Assembly (NCBI GenBank): GCA_964016885.1
Contig: OZ024751.1
Span: forward strand, 19,468,001 to 19,532,000
DNA length: 64,000 nucleotides
DNA from: Eledone cirrhosa
Taxonomy: Eukaryota
Direction of reading: 5' to 3'
The number at the start of each line of letters is the position of its first letter. Position 1 is the stretch's first letter. The notes under the pieces were generated by a model that saw only the letters and a list, made by a program, of their open reading frames with translations, was not told the origin of the DNA and did no database searches. Both the position numbers and the translations under genes were made by a program. Positions 13,122 to 28,700 of this stretch are shown here, piece by piece.

Positions 13122-13264
13122 CATACATATATATACATATATATATATACATATATATACATATATATATATACATATATATATATACATATATATATAT
13201 ACATATATATACATATATATATATACATATATATATATACATATATATATATACATATATATAC

Positions 13265-13313
<49 letters not shown>

Positions 13314-13896
13314 CATATATATATACATATATATATACACATATATATATATACATATATATATACACATATATATACACATATATATATACATATATAT
13401 ATACACATATACATATATACATATATATATACATATATATATACATATATATATATACATATATATATATACATATATATATATACATATATATATATAC
13501 ATATATATATATACATATATATATACATATATATATATACATATATATATACATATATATATACATATATATATATACATATATATATATACATATATAT
13601 ATATACATATATATATATACATATATATATACATATATATATATACATATATATATACATATATATATATACATATATATATACATATATATATACATAT
13701 ATATATATACATATATATATACATATATATATACATATATATATATACATATATATATATACATATATATACATACATATATATACATATACATACATAT
13801 ATATATATACATATACATATATACATATATATACATATATATATATACATATACATATATACATATACATATACATACATATACACATATACATAC

Positions 13897-13929
<33 letters not shown>

Positions 13930-14430
13930 CATATATATATATACATATATATATATACATATATATATATACATATATATATATACATATATATATATAC
14001 ATATATATATATACATATATATATATACATATATATATACATATATATATATACATATATATATATACATATATATATATATACATATATATATATACAT
14101 ATATATATATTCATATATATATATACATATATATATATACATATACATATACATATATACATATATATATATACATATATATACATATATATATATACAT
14201 ATATACATATATATATATACATATATATATATACATATATATATATACATATATATATATACATATATATATATACATATATATATATACATATATTTAT
14301 ATACATATATTTATATACATATATATATATACATATATATATATACATATATATATATACATATATATATATACATATATATATATACATATATATATAT
14401 ACATATATATATATACATATATATATATAC

Positions 14431-14475
<45 letters not shown>

Positions 14476-14594
14476 CATATATATATATACATATATATAT
14501 ACATATATACATATATATATATACATATACATATATATATATATATACATATATATACATATATATATACATATATATACATATATATATATAC

Positions 14595-14629
<35 letters not shown>

Positions 14630-14832
14630 CATATATATACATATATATATACATATATATACATATATATATACATATACATATACATACATATATATAT
14701 ACATATACATACATATATATATACATATACATATATATACATATATATACACATATATATACATATATATATATACATATATATACATATATACATATAT
14801 ATATATACATATATATATATACATATATATAC

Positions 14833-14865
<33 letters not shown>

Positions 14866-14890
14866 CATATATATATATACATATATATAC

Positions 14891-14921
<31 letters not shown>

Positions 14922-15141
14922 CATATATATATATACATATATATAGATACATATATACATATACATATATACATATACATATATACATATATATATATAC
15001 ATATATATATACATACATATATATATATATACATACATATATATATATATACATATATACATATATATATACATATATACATATATATATATACATATAT
15101 ATATATACATATATATATATATACACATATATACATATACA

Positions 15142-15177
<36 letters not shown>

Positions 15178-15181
15178 CACA

Positions 15182-15226
<45 letters not shown>

Positions 15227-15284
15227 ATATATATATATACACATATATACATATATATACACATATACATATATATATATACAC

Positions 15285-15315
<31 letters not shown>

Positions 15316-15371
15316 TATATATATATATACACATATATATATATACACACATATATATATATATATACACA

Positions 15372-15416
<45 letters not shown>

Positions 15417-15888
15417 ATATATATATACACATATATATATATATACACATATATATATATATACACATATATATACATACATACACATATATATAAATAC
15501 ATACATACACATATATATAAATACATACATACACATATATATAAATACATACATACACATATATATATACATACATACACATATATATATACATACACAT
15601 ATATATACATACATATATATACATATATATATACATACATACACATATATATACATACATACACATATATATACATACATATATATACATATATATATAC
15701 ATACATACACATATATATACATACATACACATATATATACATACATATATATACATATATATATACATACATACACATATATATATACATACATACACAT
15801 ATATATACATACATATACATATATATACATACATATACATATATATACATATACACATATATATACATATATATATATATATACACAT

Positions 15889-15949
<61 letters not shown>

Positions 15950-16002
15950 CACATATATATATACACATATATATACATATATACACATATATATATACAC
16001 AT

Positions 16003-16036
<34 letters not shown>

Positions 16037-16120
16037 ATATATACACATATATATACATATATATATATATACACATATATATATACACATATATATACAT
16101 ATATATATATATATACACAT

Positions 16121-16151
<31 letters not shown>

Positions 16152-16178
16152 CACATATATATATATATATATACACAC

Positions 16179-16209
<31 letters not shown>

Positions 16210-16333
16210 CACACACATATATATACATATATATATATATATACACACACATATATATACATATATATATATATATATACATACATATATATATATTAAA
16301 AAATATATATATATATATATATATCGTCATGAC

Positions 16334-16381
<48 letters not shown>
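12111..16381. repeat. 4.3-kb interrupted (TA)n/(TACA)n microsatellite
   Basis: Direct inspection. Source of the six-frame YI/HI/VY ORFs. Confidence 0.95.
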
Positions 16382-16594
16382 ATTAATGGTTTATTTTCAT
16401 GATGTTTACAACTATCAGGCTTACATTGAAGGCGTTTTATTATATTGGTCATTTGTATTTTTTTCTGTTGTAAATCACCCCCATCCCTCCACACACTCCA
16501 TTAATAATGTGGCTTCTTTAAATTGCTCATGCTACTGTACACATATGTATGGATGGATGGAAGTATATTTGTGTGTGTATAAGTATGGATGCAA

Positions 16595-17073
16595 GTAAGT
16601 AAGTGTGGAAGTAACTAACTAAGTGTGGAAGTAACTAACTAAGTGTGGAAGTAACTAAGTATGGATGCAACTAACTAACTGTGGAAGTAACTAACTAACT
16701 GTGAAAGTAACTAACTAACTGTGAAAGTAACAAACTAACTGTGGAAGTAACAAACTAACTGTGGAAGTAACAAACTAACTGTGGAAGTAACAAACTAACT
16801 GTGGAAGTAACAAACTAAGTATGGAAGTAACTAAGTATGGATGGATGCAACTAACTAAGTATGGATGCAACTAACTAAGTGTGGAAGTAACTAAGTGTGG
16901 AAGTAAGTAACTAAGTGTGGAAGTAACTAACTAAGTGTGGAAGTAACTAACTAAGTATGGAAGTAACTAACTAAGTATGGAAGTAACTAACTAAGTATGG
17001 AAGTAACTAACTAAGTATGGAAGTAACTAACTAAGTATGGAAGTAACTAACTAAGTATGAAAGTAACTAACTA
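16595..17073. repeat. ~20-bp minisatellite (aagtaactaactaagtRtgg)n
   Basis: About 24 tandem units with blocks of variants. Confidence 0.9.
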
Positions 17074-17297
17074 GGAGAGGGGGAGAGGGAGGAGAGAGGG
17101 GAAGAGAGGGGGAAAGAGAGGGGAGAGAGGGGGAGAGAGGGGGGGGGGAAGAGAGAGGAAGTGAGAAAGAGATATAGGTAAAGAATCGAGCACCGTCACC
17201 CACCCACCCATGCTGAATTGATACTCTATGTATTACTCCATAACGTATTTCATGCTAGAGCAGTGCCAAACTTCTATACATATATTTTTTTTCTCTT

Positions 17298-18375
17298 TTA
17301 TCGACCTCGAAAAGATAAAAGACAAAATTGCCCTCGGCGGGATTTGAACTCAGCGAGGCCCGAAAGCCAGAAGAACGTTCTAACGACTGCCAATTCGCCG
17401 CACAATATTCCGTTTAATTTTCCAATAATTGTTCCTACTTTTGGCACAAGGCCAGCAATTACCCAGTGCATTACTGGTACTTTATTTATCGACCCCGTAA
17501 GGATGAAAGGCAAAAGTAACCTCGGCGGGATTTCAACTCGTCGGACCATAAAGGGGCGTAACTCTTTGCTGCAAAGCATGACGTCCGACTCTCTACCGAT
17601 ACTGCCAATCCACCATTTTACAATAATGAAAGAAAACAATGAAACCGATTCCTTCTCGCATATAAGGCACGAGAAAGTTATGAAATGCTCCTCCGTCGAT
17701 TTTGACGACGAGCGTTGCAGTTCTTCAACAGAACAACCTCCCCGTGAGATTACAAATATAAACACAAGACACATATACATATATACACACACACATATAC
17801 ATATATATATCTAGGGTTCTTATATATTTGATATATATTTATCCTTATCGAGCTCTCTTTGGATTTTGATCTTCAAATTTATTATTATTACATACTATAC
17901 ATATATACACACACACAGACAGGCACACAGACATATATATGCACACACAGAGATACACACACACACACACACATATATATATACACATACATCCAGAGAA
18001 TGTATTGTGTGTGATTAACAACTTAACTTGATTTCCTCATTTATTGCCATAAATCAACAACAGCACATTAACTTTTCTAAAGCAACAGCAGCACCACGAC
18101 ATCCCTTTCTCAAATAAATCTCACTTAGTTAAGTCACACACTCACTTAAACACACACAACACACACTCACATAAACACACACAACACAGAACACACTCAC
18201 ATAAATACACGCTCACATAAACACACACAACACACACTCACAAACACTCAACACGCACGGCATCAACAATATCATACACACACGCACAACATTATACACA
18301 TACATACATACATACAACATACACAACAGCATATACATCAACAACGTCACATAACACACGCATACACAACACAAT

Positions 18376-18419
<44 letters not shown>

Positions 18420-21165
18420 AACCAGCAACACAAACCAACGCCACACATACATACATACATACATACATACACACACACACAACCAGCAACACAAACATAC
18501 GCCACACCACATACACACTACACAACACACATACATACATACACACACACACACAACCAGCAACACAAACATACGCCACACCACATACACACTACACAAC
18601 ACACACGCACCACATACACGTTCAAAAACTTTCATTGATTAGACTTTAGATTAACCAAAATTGTTTGACAGGCCTTGTAGCATATAGTTACGCCCCTTTA
18701 CGTTCTGAGGTTCAAATCCCACCGAGGCTAACTTTGCTTTTCATCCTTACGGGGATCAATAAAATAAAGTACCAGTATTGCACTGGGGTCGATTTAATCT
18801 ACTTTCCCCTCCCCCTTTCCCTTCAAATTACTATCCCTGTGTCAAATGTAGAAACAATAGAGGAAAACAAATAGAACCATTTGAAGAAGAGACCAAAATA
18901 AATATTGAATTAAACAAGACAATAATTGTTTCTATTTTAGGCACAAGGCCAGCAATTACCCAGTGCATTACTGGTACTTTATTTTATCGACCCCGTAAGG
19001 ATGAAAGGCAAAGTTAACCTTGGCGGGATTTGAACTCAGAATGGCAAGGGCCGTAACTATGCGTCAAAGCATGGCGTCCGACCTTCTACCGATTCTGCCA
19101 ATTCACCACCCCCGTAAGGATAATAATGCCAACAGCAACATATCTATACAACACCCACCATGTGACCAACAGCCCCACCACACAACCACGCAGCCAACAC
19201 CACTACGCAACCATCACCGGCACCACATCACCACGCGACCATCACACCACCACGTAACAATAACCTCCACTATGAAAACCATCACTGCCACCACATCAAA
19301 ACACGACCATCACCACCACCACCACACGACATCACACGACCACGACCACCACTACAACCACCACCACACGACCACGACCACCACTACAACCACCACCACC
19401 ACACGACCACGACCACAACCACCACCACCACCCGAACACCACGCGACTATCACAACTCAACCACACAATCATCAGCACCACCACCACCACGACCACCACC
19501 ACCACTAACACCACCACCACCACACGACCACCACGCGACTATCACAACTCAACCACGCAATCATCAGCACCACCACCACTACAACCACCACCACCACCAC
19601 CACACGACCACGACAACTCAACCACGCAATCACCAGCACCACTACCACTACAACCACCACCACTAACACCACGACCACTACGCGACTATCACAACTCAAC
19701 CACACAATCATCAGCACCACCACCACTAACACCACCACACCACCACCACGACCACCACCACCACACGAATACGACGACCACTACAACCACCACCACCACC
19801 ACTTCTAATTACTATACAATAGTAGTTTGTTATAATAATTATTAAGTCAGTCTAGACGATGTAATTACTGAGGGAAACCCAACGGGATACAAAAACTTGT
19901 TAAAAATATAAAAACTGATTCAAGTGATATGACCGATACCGGTTACTGACGATTGGTGAACCTCATCCCACCCCACACTATCACACCTTACTACTAACTC
20001 AAATATACAGTCATTATACTGTAACAACAACAACAACAACAGTATAATTGTTTCTACTTTTGGCACAAGGCCAGCAATTACCTCAATACATTACTGGTAC
20101 TTTATTTTATCGACCCCGTAAGGACGAAAGGCAAAGTTAACCTCGGCGGGATTTGCCATTCTGAGTTCAAATCCCGCCGAGGTTAACTTTGCCTTTCATC
20201 CTTACGGGGTCGATAAAATAAAGTACCAGTAATACACTGTGGTAATTGCTGGCCTTGTGCCAAAAGTAGAAACAATCATTGCTGTTGCTGTTTAGCCCCA
20301 GGTCAAGCTTGTTTGAGGAGATATCTATCACCACCACTAGTTACAAGGGCCTATTATGACTGTTGCTTGGGCGGTGGATTGGCAGTATCGGTAGAGGGTC
20401 GGACGCCATGTTTTGCAGCACAGAGTTACGTCCCTTTACGGACTGAGTTCAAATACCGCCGAGGTTAATTTTGTCTTTCATCCTTACAGGGGTCGATAAA
20501 ATAAAAATACCAGTAATGTACTGGGTAATTGCTGGCCTTGTGCCAAAAGTAGAAACAATTATTACTGTTGTTTAGCCCCAGGTCAAGCCTGTTTAAGGAT
20601 ACAAGCCTATCACTACCACTAGTTCCAAGGAACAGTTCTATTGTTGCTGTTGTTGTTGTTGTTGTTGAGCTCTACGTCGGCTGATTGATCAAACCGACGT
20701 TACAGAATCTAACTCTCCAAATACGGGTCGCTCTCCGACAGGTTTGCGTTCGTGCCCTTGGCAGTGGAGACTTCTTGTGTCCTCGGCCCTAGGGCTACCT
20801 CCCTGCTCACCACCATAGGCGCTGAGCTGGCCAGCCGCAGGTGTGAGCCTCGCTAGTTTCAATGGCTCTTCCAGCGTATCTCCGTTACCGTCCTCCGGGG
20901 AAACGCCTTCTACATTCTGTCCACCGAGGTTGTGGGGGGGGAGGCCACCAAATTGTCAGAGTATAATTGTTTCTACTTTTTGGCACAAGGCCAGCAATTA
21001 CCCAGTGTATTACTCCAGTGCATTACTGGTACTTTATTTTATCGACCTCGTAAGGATGAAAGGTAAAGTTAACCTCGGCGGGATTTGAACTCAGAATGGC
21101 AAGGGCCGTAACTATGCTTCAAAGCATGGCGTCCGACCCTCTACCGATAGCCAATCCACCGCCCC
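17298..21165. mobile_element. Cluster of tRNA-derived SINEs (about 17298-17400 -, 17427-17615 -, 18665-18850 +, 18922-19110 -, 20046-20276 inverted pair, 20370-20560 +, 20964-21165 -)
   Basis: Consensus ggcggtggattggcagtatcggtagag (A box)...gagttcaaatcc (B box)-cgccgaggttaactttgcctttcatccttacggggtcgataaaataaagtaccagt...gcctTgtgccaaaagtagaaacaatt. The central domain resembles the Meta/MESC SINE core as I recall it. Confidence 0.8.
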
Positions 21166-21575
21166 TCTTTTTTCGATGGGATGTAAAATAAAAACTGAAA
21201 GACATTACATGTACCTCTTGACCAGGATCTCCACCGTCTCTAATACCTACCTCTAGGCCACCGAGACAGCTACGAAAATCTACTGAACATTCATACCTAT
21301 AAACCTACTTTCAAAATTTTCAAAACAAAATGTGATGTTGACCATATGCTTTGCTTAATTGTTTTATTTTTTTTTTTTTAAATGTTATTCTTTCTTAGAC
21401 TTCAGGTATTTTTTTAAAGCTAGGCATTGGCCGCTAAAATACTACAGTGGGCCCTGCAATGCTACCTTGGGCCCCGTGGGGCCCACTTGCCATTGAGCAA
21501 CCTGGCCAGTCTGCCACTATATATATATATATACAATTTATTAATAAATGGAAACTATATTTATAAAACCATAAT

Positions 21576-21640
21576 TATTTTATTATATATATTTCAAGGG
21601 CAACCAAGGCAATTTTGGTGCGCTTTCATCAGATAAAATA
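21576..21640 (-). ncRNA. Minimal type I hammerhead motif (family B, AUA site)
   Basis: Minus strand: tattttat-CTGATGA-aag c gcaccaa...ttggttgc c ctt-GAAA TATATA TA-ataaaata. Stem I is 8 bp. Confidence 0.75.
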
Positions 21641-21970
21641 CAAAATATGTTTTATAAATGTTGACATACCCGTAGAAAAACAACCTTGACGGTTGAAGGT
21701 TCGTTATATATATGTATATATATATATATATAGTTTCTGGGTATTTGTTATTATCCTTTGACTTATTTCTACCCGTTGTCTAAGTACAGGGGGGGGGGCT
21801 TTCAAAGTCGAATTAATACTTGCCACTCGGAGACAACAAATTCTTTCCATTTTATCATTGAGTGTTGATCGAGCGATTCCAGATTTATCAACTCGTGTGG
21901 CTTTTGGGGGCAACGGTGACGACGAGAAATTCCAAGTACATGTGCGTGCGTGTGCGTATATATATATATA

Positions 21971-22008
<38 letters not shown>

Positions 22009-22624
22009 TGTATGTGTGCGTGATTCTCGCATGTTAAATATGACGAATGGAAATATTTCGCTCAAATGATATTTCCCAGCATACACAAACAGAGAGAGAG
22101 GAGAGAGAGGAGAGAGAGAGAGAGGAGAAAGAAGAGGAGAGAGAGAGAGGAGAAAGAAAAAGAGAGAGAGGAGATAGAGAGAGAGAGAGAGAGAAAGAGA
22201 GAAAGAGAGAGACAGAGACAGACGGGCAGTTTTTTGGCCAACATCTACAAGTTCCTCCTAAACTGTTCTTTCAACCCCTCTCGTGCTTTAGGTGACTAAA
22301 GCATTCCCTAACCTTCCCCACCGTGACGTCACGTCACAACAGCTTCCTCCCCACCACTCTACACTCTCTCTCTCTCTCTCCAGGCCGAACATGCAATAAC
22401 AGTAATAGGATGTAGAATGTTAAGTAGAGAGCAACACTGCCGTCACAAACCGACAGACAAAGCCGCCGCAGCAGCACAAAGTCTTGCTTTCTCCTGCACA
22501 CTTATTTAGCTTCGGACCAAACTCTTCAGTTCCTCAATCCGATTAAATTGTGCTTTTAAAGCCTTAAGGATATTAATCCGAAAGTCCTCCACCACCGAAC
22601 CCACACCACTTTATCCTCAACTCT

Positions 22625-23225
22625 CAAAGAGAAAGAGAGAGAGAGAGAGGGAGAAAGAGAGAGAGACAGAGAGACAAAGAGAGAGACAGAGAGAGAAACA
22701 GAGAGAGAAACAGAGAGAGAGATAGCGACCAAGAGAGAGAGATAGCGACCAAGAGAGAGAAATAGCGACCAAGAGAGAGAAATAGCGATCAAGAGAGAGA
22801 GATAGCGACCAAGAGAGAGAGAGAGATAGCGACCAAGAGAGAGAGAGAGATAGCGACCAAGAGAAAGAGAGAGAGAGAGATAGCGACCAAGAGAAAGAGA
22901 GAGCGACTAAGAGAAAGAGAGAGCGACCAAGAGAGAGAGAGAGAGAGACCAAGAGAGAGAGAGAGAGAGAGAGAGAGCGACCGAGAGAGAGAGAGAGCGA
23001 CCGAGAGAGAGAGAGAGAGCGACCAAGAGAGAGAGAGAGCGACCATGAACCAAGAGAGAGAGAGCGACCAAGAGAGAGAGAGCGACCAAGAGAGAGAGAG
23101 AGCGACCAAGAGAGAGAGAGAGCGACCAAGAGAGAGAGAGAGCGACCAAGAGAGAGAGAGAGCGACCAAGAGAGAGAGAGAGCGACCAAGAGAGAGAGAG
23201 AGCGACCAAGAGAGATAGAGAGCGC
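22625..23225. repeat. 20-bp (agcgaccaagagagagagag)n minisatellite
   Basis: Direct inspection. Confidence 0.9.
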
Positions 23226-23307
23226 CACACACACTTGTGGTAACATACAGAATGACATGCTCTAAATAGAAATAACATGTCTCCACCTCTCCAGAAGACG
23301 GCATTTC

Positions 23308-23598
23308 AGAATGCGACCATTTCTGTTGGAAGCTCTCGGAGCTTCCAACAGAAATGGTCGCATTCTTTAAGGGTATGTCAATATTTATTTATAAAACTGA
23401 TCTATATTATATTTTATCCGATGAAAGCACACCATAATTTAACTTGGTGTCTTTGAAATATGTATAATGAAATAAATATGGTTTTATAAATATAGTTTCC
23501 ATTTGTTAATATATCGTATTTTTACTCCAATAATTTGTTGAGTGCTTTATATCAGTTATAAAAATATTTGCTTGTTGTATCCCAACAATTTAAATAGA

Positions 23599-23600
<2 letters not shown>
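23308..23600 (+). mobile_element. Family B element with a 5' hairpin (23308-23367) and a hammerhead with mutated core (CCGATGA, 23410-23474)
   Basis: Reverse-complement homologue of 32990-33245. Confidence 0.7.
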
Positions 23601-23641
<41 letters not shown>

Positions 23642-23713
23642 GTTTGATTGTCACCGATCTGTCCAGCTCGTTTGACCGCCAGTATGCCAAAAGAAACCTG
23701 CATCTCCTATACA

Positions 23714-23786
23714 TTTTGTCTGACGATAACATGTTTTGGATTATGTTATACATAAGCCTTGCATCTTCGAAATATATATAATAAAA
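23714..23786 (+). ncRNA. Hammerhead-like motif with long stem II (AUA site)
   Basis: ttttgt-CTGACGA-...gcatcttc-GAAA TATATA TA-ataaaa. The base of stem II is mismatched in this copy. Confidence 0.5.
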
Positions 23787-23832
23787 TAGAGATGATCTAA
23801 AGTAACTATCTTTTGTTTATTATATAAGAAAA

Positions 23833-24020
23833 GACGGTGGATTGGCAGTATCAGTAGAGGGTCGGACACCATGCTTTCCAGCATAGTTACGTCCCTTTAC
23901 GATCTGAGTTCAAATCCCGCCGAGGTTGACTTTGCCTTTCATCCTTACGGGGTCGATAAAATAAAGTACCAGTAATGCACTGGGTAATTGCTGGCCTTGT
24001 GCCTAAAGTAGAAACAATTA
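23833..24020 (+). mobile_element. Full-length tRNA-derived SINE with probable TSD (tatataagaaaagag)
   Basis: Matches the SINE consensus. tatataagaaaaga occurs immediately 5' and 3' of it. Confidence 0.8.
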
Positions 24021-24049
24021 TATAAGAAAAGAGTATTGAATACTGCAGG

Positions 24050-24188
24050 GTTAGTTCGGATCTAGCCGCCGAAACGGCCGGAGCTCAGCCGTCGGGGTCC
24101 TGACTCTTTTCCTATTACCCACTCTACGACCCTAAGTAGCGAATACTCTGGTGCATTATGGTCCACCTGGTATCTTACCACACCTTTG

Positions 24189-24191
<3 letters not shown>
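24050..24191 (+). mobile_element. Family A element, 5'-truncated at stem II
   Basis: ggttagttcggatctagcc gcc GAAAcggccggagctcagccGTCggggtcc... Confidence 0.7.
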
Positions 24192-24231
<40 letters not shown>

Positions 24232-24612
24232 AACACAGATACATATATATACAAAACATTTCTGCACTAATGGGTTCAAAGAGCAGGGAACAGTGGGAAA
24301 AAAAAAAATCAACAACAATAACAACCAATGACGAGAGTAACGAATAGAAACTTGAGTGAATATGAGAAAGTTGCGGATATGAGAGTGGAGGGAGTAAAGG
24401 GCAGGGTGAAAAAAGAGAGAGAGAGAGTGGATGGAAGAGGGAGAGTGGATGGAAGAGGAAGGGGAGATAACCTAAATGGAGGATCAGTGGAAAACTAGGA
24501 AAATATAAAATTGTAAAAAATAAAGTTGCCGAGAGATGTTTGCTTATGTCTGTGTGTATGTATATACACACACCCATACATATACATACACACACTATAC
24601 ACACACACACAC

Positions 24613-24673
<61 letters not shown>

Positions 24674-24916
24674 TATATATATATACATACACACGCATCC
24701 ATATATACATACATACATACATACACACGCATACATACATACATACATACATACATACATACACACATACCATGAGTGTGTGCGCACACGTACTCGGTCT
24801 ATGAATGGACGCATTTATTCATGCAGGCGTGCATTCAACGTTAGAGACCTATATAAAATCATTCAGAAACACGCATTCATTCGTCATATATATGTCTGTC
24901 TGTGTGTGTGTGTCTT

Positions 24917-24952
<36 letters not shown>

Positions 24953-25469
24953 AAGCCACCCACTCAACACAGATATATACAAACAAATACCCACTTACAC
25001 TAATTCTATGTTTAAATAGATGCAGAACGGCATCTACTTGTGGGGGTAGGGTAGAGAATAAGGTTCCCTATTATTATAAAGCTATTGATGGAGGATGGCA
25101 CCCTGCAACACCCCTACCGAAATCACCACCACTGCAGCCATCACTACCGCCACCGAAACTACCATCATTGCATCCATCATCACTACCACCAACAATAACA
25201 TAAGCACCACAAAAATCAGCACCACCGACCATCATCCCCGCAACCGCCATCTCCACAACCTCTACTACCACCACCACCACCACCACCGAGAATAGCACCC
25301 TGCAAAACCTTCTGCCATCATCACTACGACCAACACAACCACCGACCACCATTCCCATAACCACCAATACAACCTACACCACCGAGAATGGTACGCGGCA
25401 AAACCCCTACCGAAACGACCAACATCACTGCAGCAACCATCACCACCACCACCACCATCATCCTCCACA

Positions 25470-25665
25470 AACACCAACTCAACTGCTACCACCACCATCC
25501 TCCATAAACACCAACTCAACTGCTACCACCACCATCCTCCATAAACACCAACTCAACTGCTACCACCACCATCCTCCACAAACACCAACTCAACTGCTAC
25601 CACCACCATCCTCCATAAACACCAACTCAACTGCTACCACCACCATCCTCCATAAACACCATCTC
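25470..25665. repeat. ~39-bp tandem repeat, about 5 copies
   Basis: (accaactcaactgctaccaccaccatcctccataaac)n. Confidence 0.8.
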
Positions 25666-25739
25666 TCAAACGCTACCACCCCCACCAACACCAACATCCA
25701 CCACCGAGAATGGCACCCAGGAAAATCCCTACTGAAACT

Positions 25740-28700
25740 AGCACCACCACCTCCAATGCAACCATCATCACCACCATAACCACCACCACCACCTCCAATG
25801 CAACCATCATCACCACCATAACCACCACCACCACCTCCAATGCAACCATCATCACCACCATAACCACCACCACCACCTCCAATGCAACCATCATCACCAC
25901 CATAACCACCACCACCACCTCCAATGCAACCATCATCACCACCATAACCAACACCACCACCTCCAATGTAAACATCATCACCACCATAACCACCACCACC
26001 ACCTCCAATGCAACCATCATCACCACCATAACCAACACCACCACCTCCAATGCAACCATCATCACCACCATAACCACCACCACCACCTCCAATGCAACCA
26101 TCATCACCACCATAACCACCACCACCACCTCCAATGCAACCATCATCACCACCATAACCAACACCACCACCTCCAATGTAAACATCATCACCACCATAAC
26201 CACCACCACCACCTCCAATGCAACCATCATCACCACCATAACCAACACCACCACCTCCAATGCAACCATCATCACCACCATAACCACCACCACCACCTCC
26301 AATGCAACCATCATCACCACCATAACCACCACCACCACCTCCAATGCAACCATCATCACCACCATAACCAACACCACCACCTCCAATGTAAACATCATCA
26401 CCACCATAACCACCACCACCACCTCCAATGCAACCATCATCACCACCATAACCAACACCACCACCTCCAATGCAACCATCATCACCACCATAACCACCAC
26501 CACCACCTCCAATGCAACCATCATCACCACCATAACCAACACCACCACCTCCAATGCAACCATCATCACCACCATAACCACCACCACCACCTCCAATGCA
26601 ACCATCATCACCACCATAACCAACACCACCACCTCCAATGCAACCATCATCACCACCATAACCACCACCACCACCTCCAATGCAACCATCATCACCACCA
26701 TAACCAACACCACCACCTCCAATGCAACCATCATCACCACCATAACCACCACCACCACCTCCAATGTAAACATCATCACCACCATAACCACCACCACCAC
26801 CTCCAATGCAACCATCATCACCACCATAACCACCACCACCACCTCCAATGCAACCATCATCACCACCATAACCAACACCACCACCTCCAATGCAACCATC
26901 ATCACCACCATAACCACCACCACCACCTCCAATGCAACCATCATCACCACCATAACCACCACCACCACCTCCAATGCAACCATCATCACCACCATAACCA
27001 CCACCACCACCTCCAATGCAACCATCATCACCACCATAACCACCACCACCACCTCCAATGCAACCATCATCACCACCATAACCACCACCACCACCTCCAA
27101 TGCAACCATCATCACCACCATAACCAACACCACCACCTCCAATACAACCATCATCACCACCATAACCACCACCACCACCTCCAATGCAACCATCATCACC
27201 ACCATAACCACCACCACCACCTCCAATACAACCATCATCACCACCATAACCACCACCACCACCTCCAATGCAACCATCATCACCACCATAACCACCACCA
27301 CCACCTCCAATGCAACCATCATCACCACCATAACCACCACCACCACCTCCAATGCAACCATCATCACCACCATAACCACCACCACCACCTCCAATGCAAC
27401 CATCATCACCACCATAACCAACACCACCACCTCCAATGCAACCATCATCACCACCATAACCACCACCACCACCTCCAATGCAACCATCATCACCACCATA
27501 ACCACCACCACCACCTCCAATGCAACCATCATCACCACCATAACCACCACCACCACCTCCAATGCAACCATCATCACCACCATAACCAACACCACCACCT
27601 CCAATGCAACCATCATCACCACCATAACCACCACCACCACCTCCAATGCAACCATCATCACCACCATAACCACCACCACCACCTCCAATGCAACCATCAT
27701 CACCACCATAACCACCACCACCACCTCCAATGCAACCATCATCACCACCATAACCACCACCACCACCTCCAATGCAACCATCATCACCACCATAACCAAC
27801 ACCACCACCTCCAATGCAACCATCATCACCACCATAACCACCACCACCACCTCCAATGCAACCATCATCACCACCATAACCACCACCACCACCTCCAATG
27901 CAACCATCATCACCACCATAACCAACACCACCACCTCCAATGCAACCATCATCACCACCATAACCAACACCACCACCTCCAATGCAACCATCATCACCAC
28001 CATAACCACCACCACCACCTCCAATGTAAACATCATCACCACCATAACCACCACCACCACCTCCAATGCAACCATCATCACCACCATAACCACCACCACC
28101 ACCTCCAATGCAACCATCATCACCACCATAACCACCACCACCACCTCCAATGCAACCATCATCACCACCATAACCACCACCACCACCTCCAATGTAAACA
28201 TCATCACCACCATAACCACCACCACCACCTCCAATGCAACCATCATCACCACCATAACCACCACCATAACCAACACCACCACCTCCAATGCAACCATCAT
28301 CACCACCATAACCACCACCACCACCTCCAATGCAACCATCATCACCACCATAACCACCACCACCACCACCATAACCAACACCACCACCTCCAATGCAACC
28401 ATCATCACCACCATAACCACCACCACCACCACCATAACCAACACCACCACCTCCAATGCAACCATCATCACCACCATAACCACCACCACCACCTCCAATG
28501 CAACCATCATCACCACCATAACCACCACCACCACCTCCAATGCAACCATCATCACCACCATAACCACCACCACCACCTCCAATGCAACCATCATCACCAC
28601 CATAACCACCACCACCACCACCATAACCAACACCACCACCTCCAATGCAACCATCATCACCACCATAACCACCACCACCACCTCCAATGCAACCATCATC

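Noticed and set aside
12061-16382. ORFs up to 1432 aa (YI/HI/VY repeats)
   Set aside because: Translations of a (TA)n/(TACA)n microsatellite that lacks stop codons by composition.
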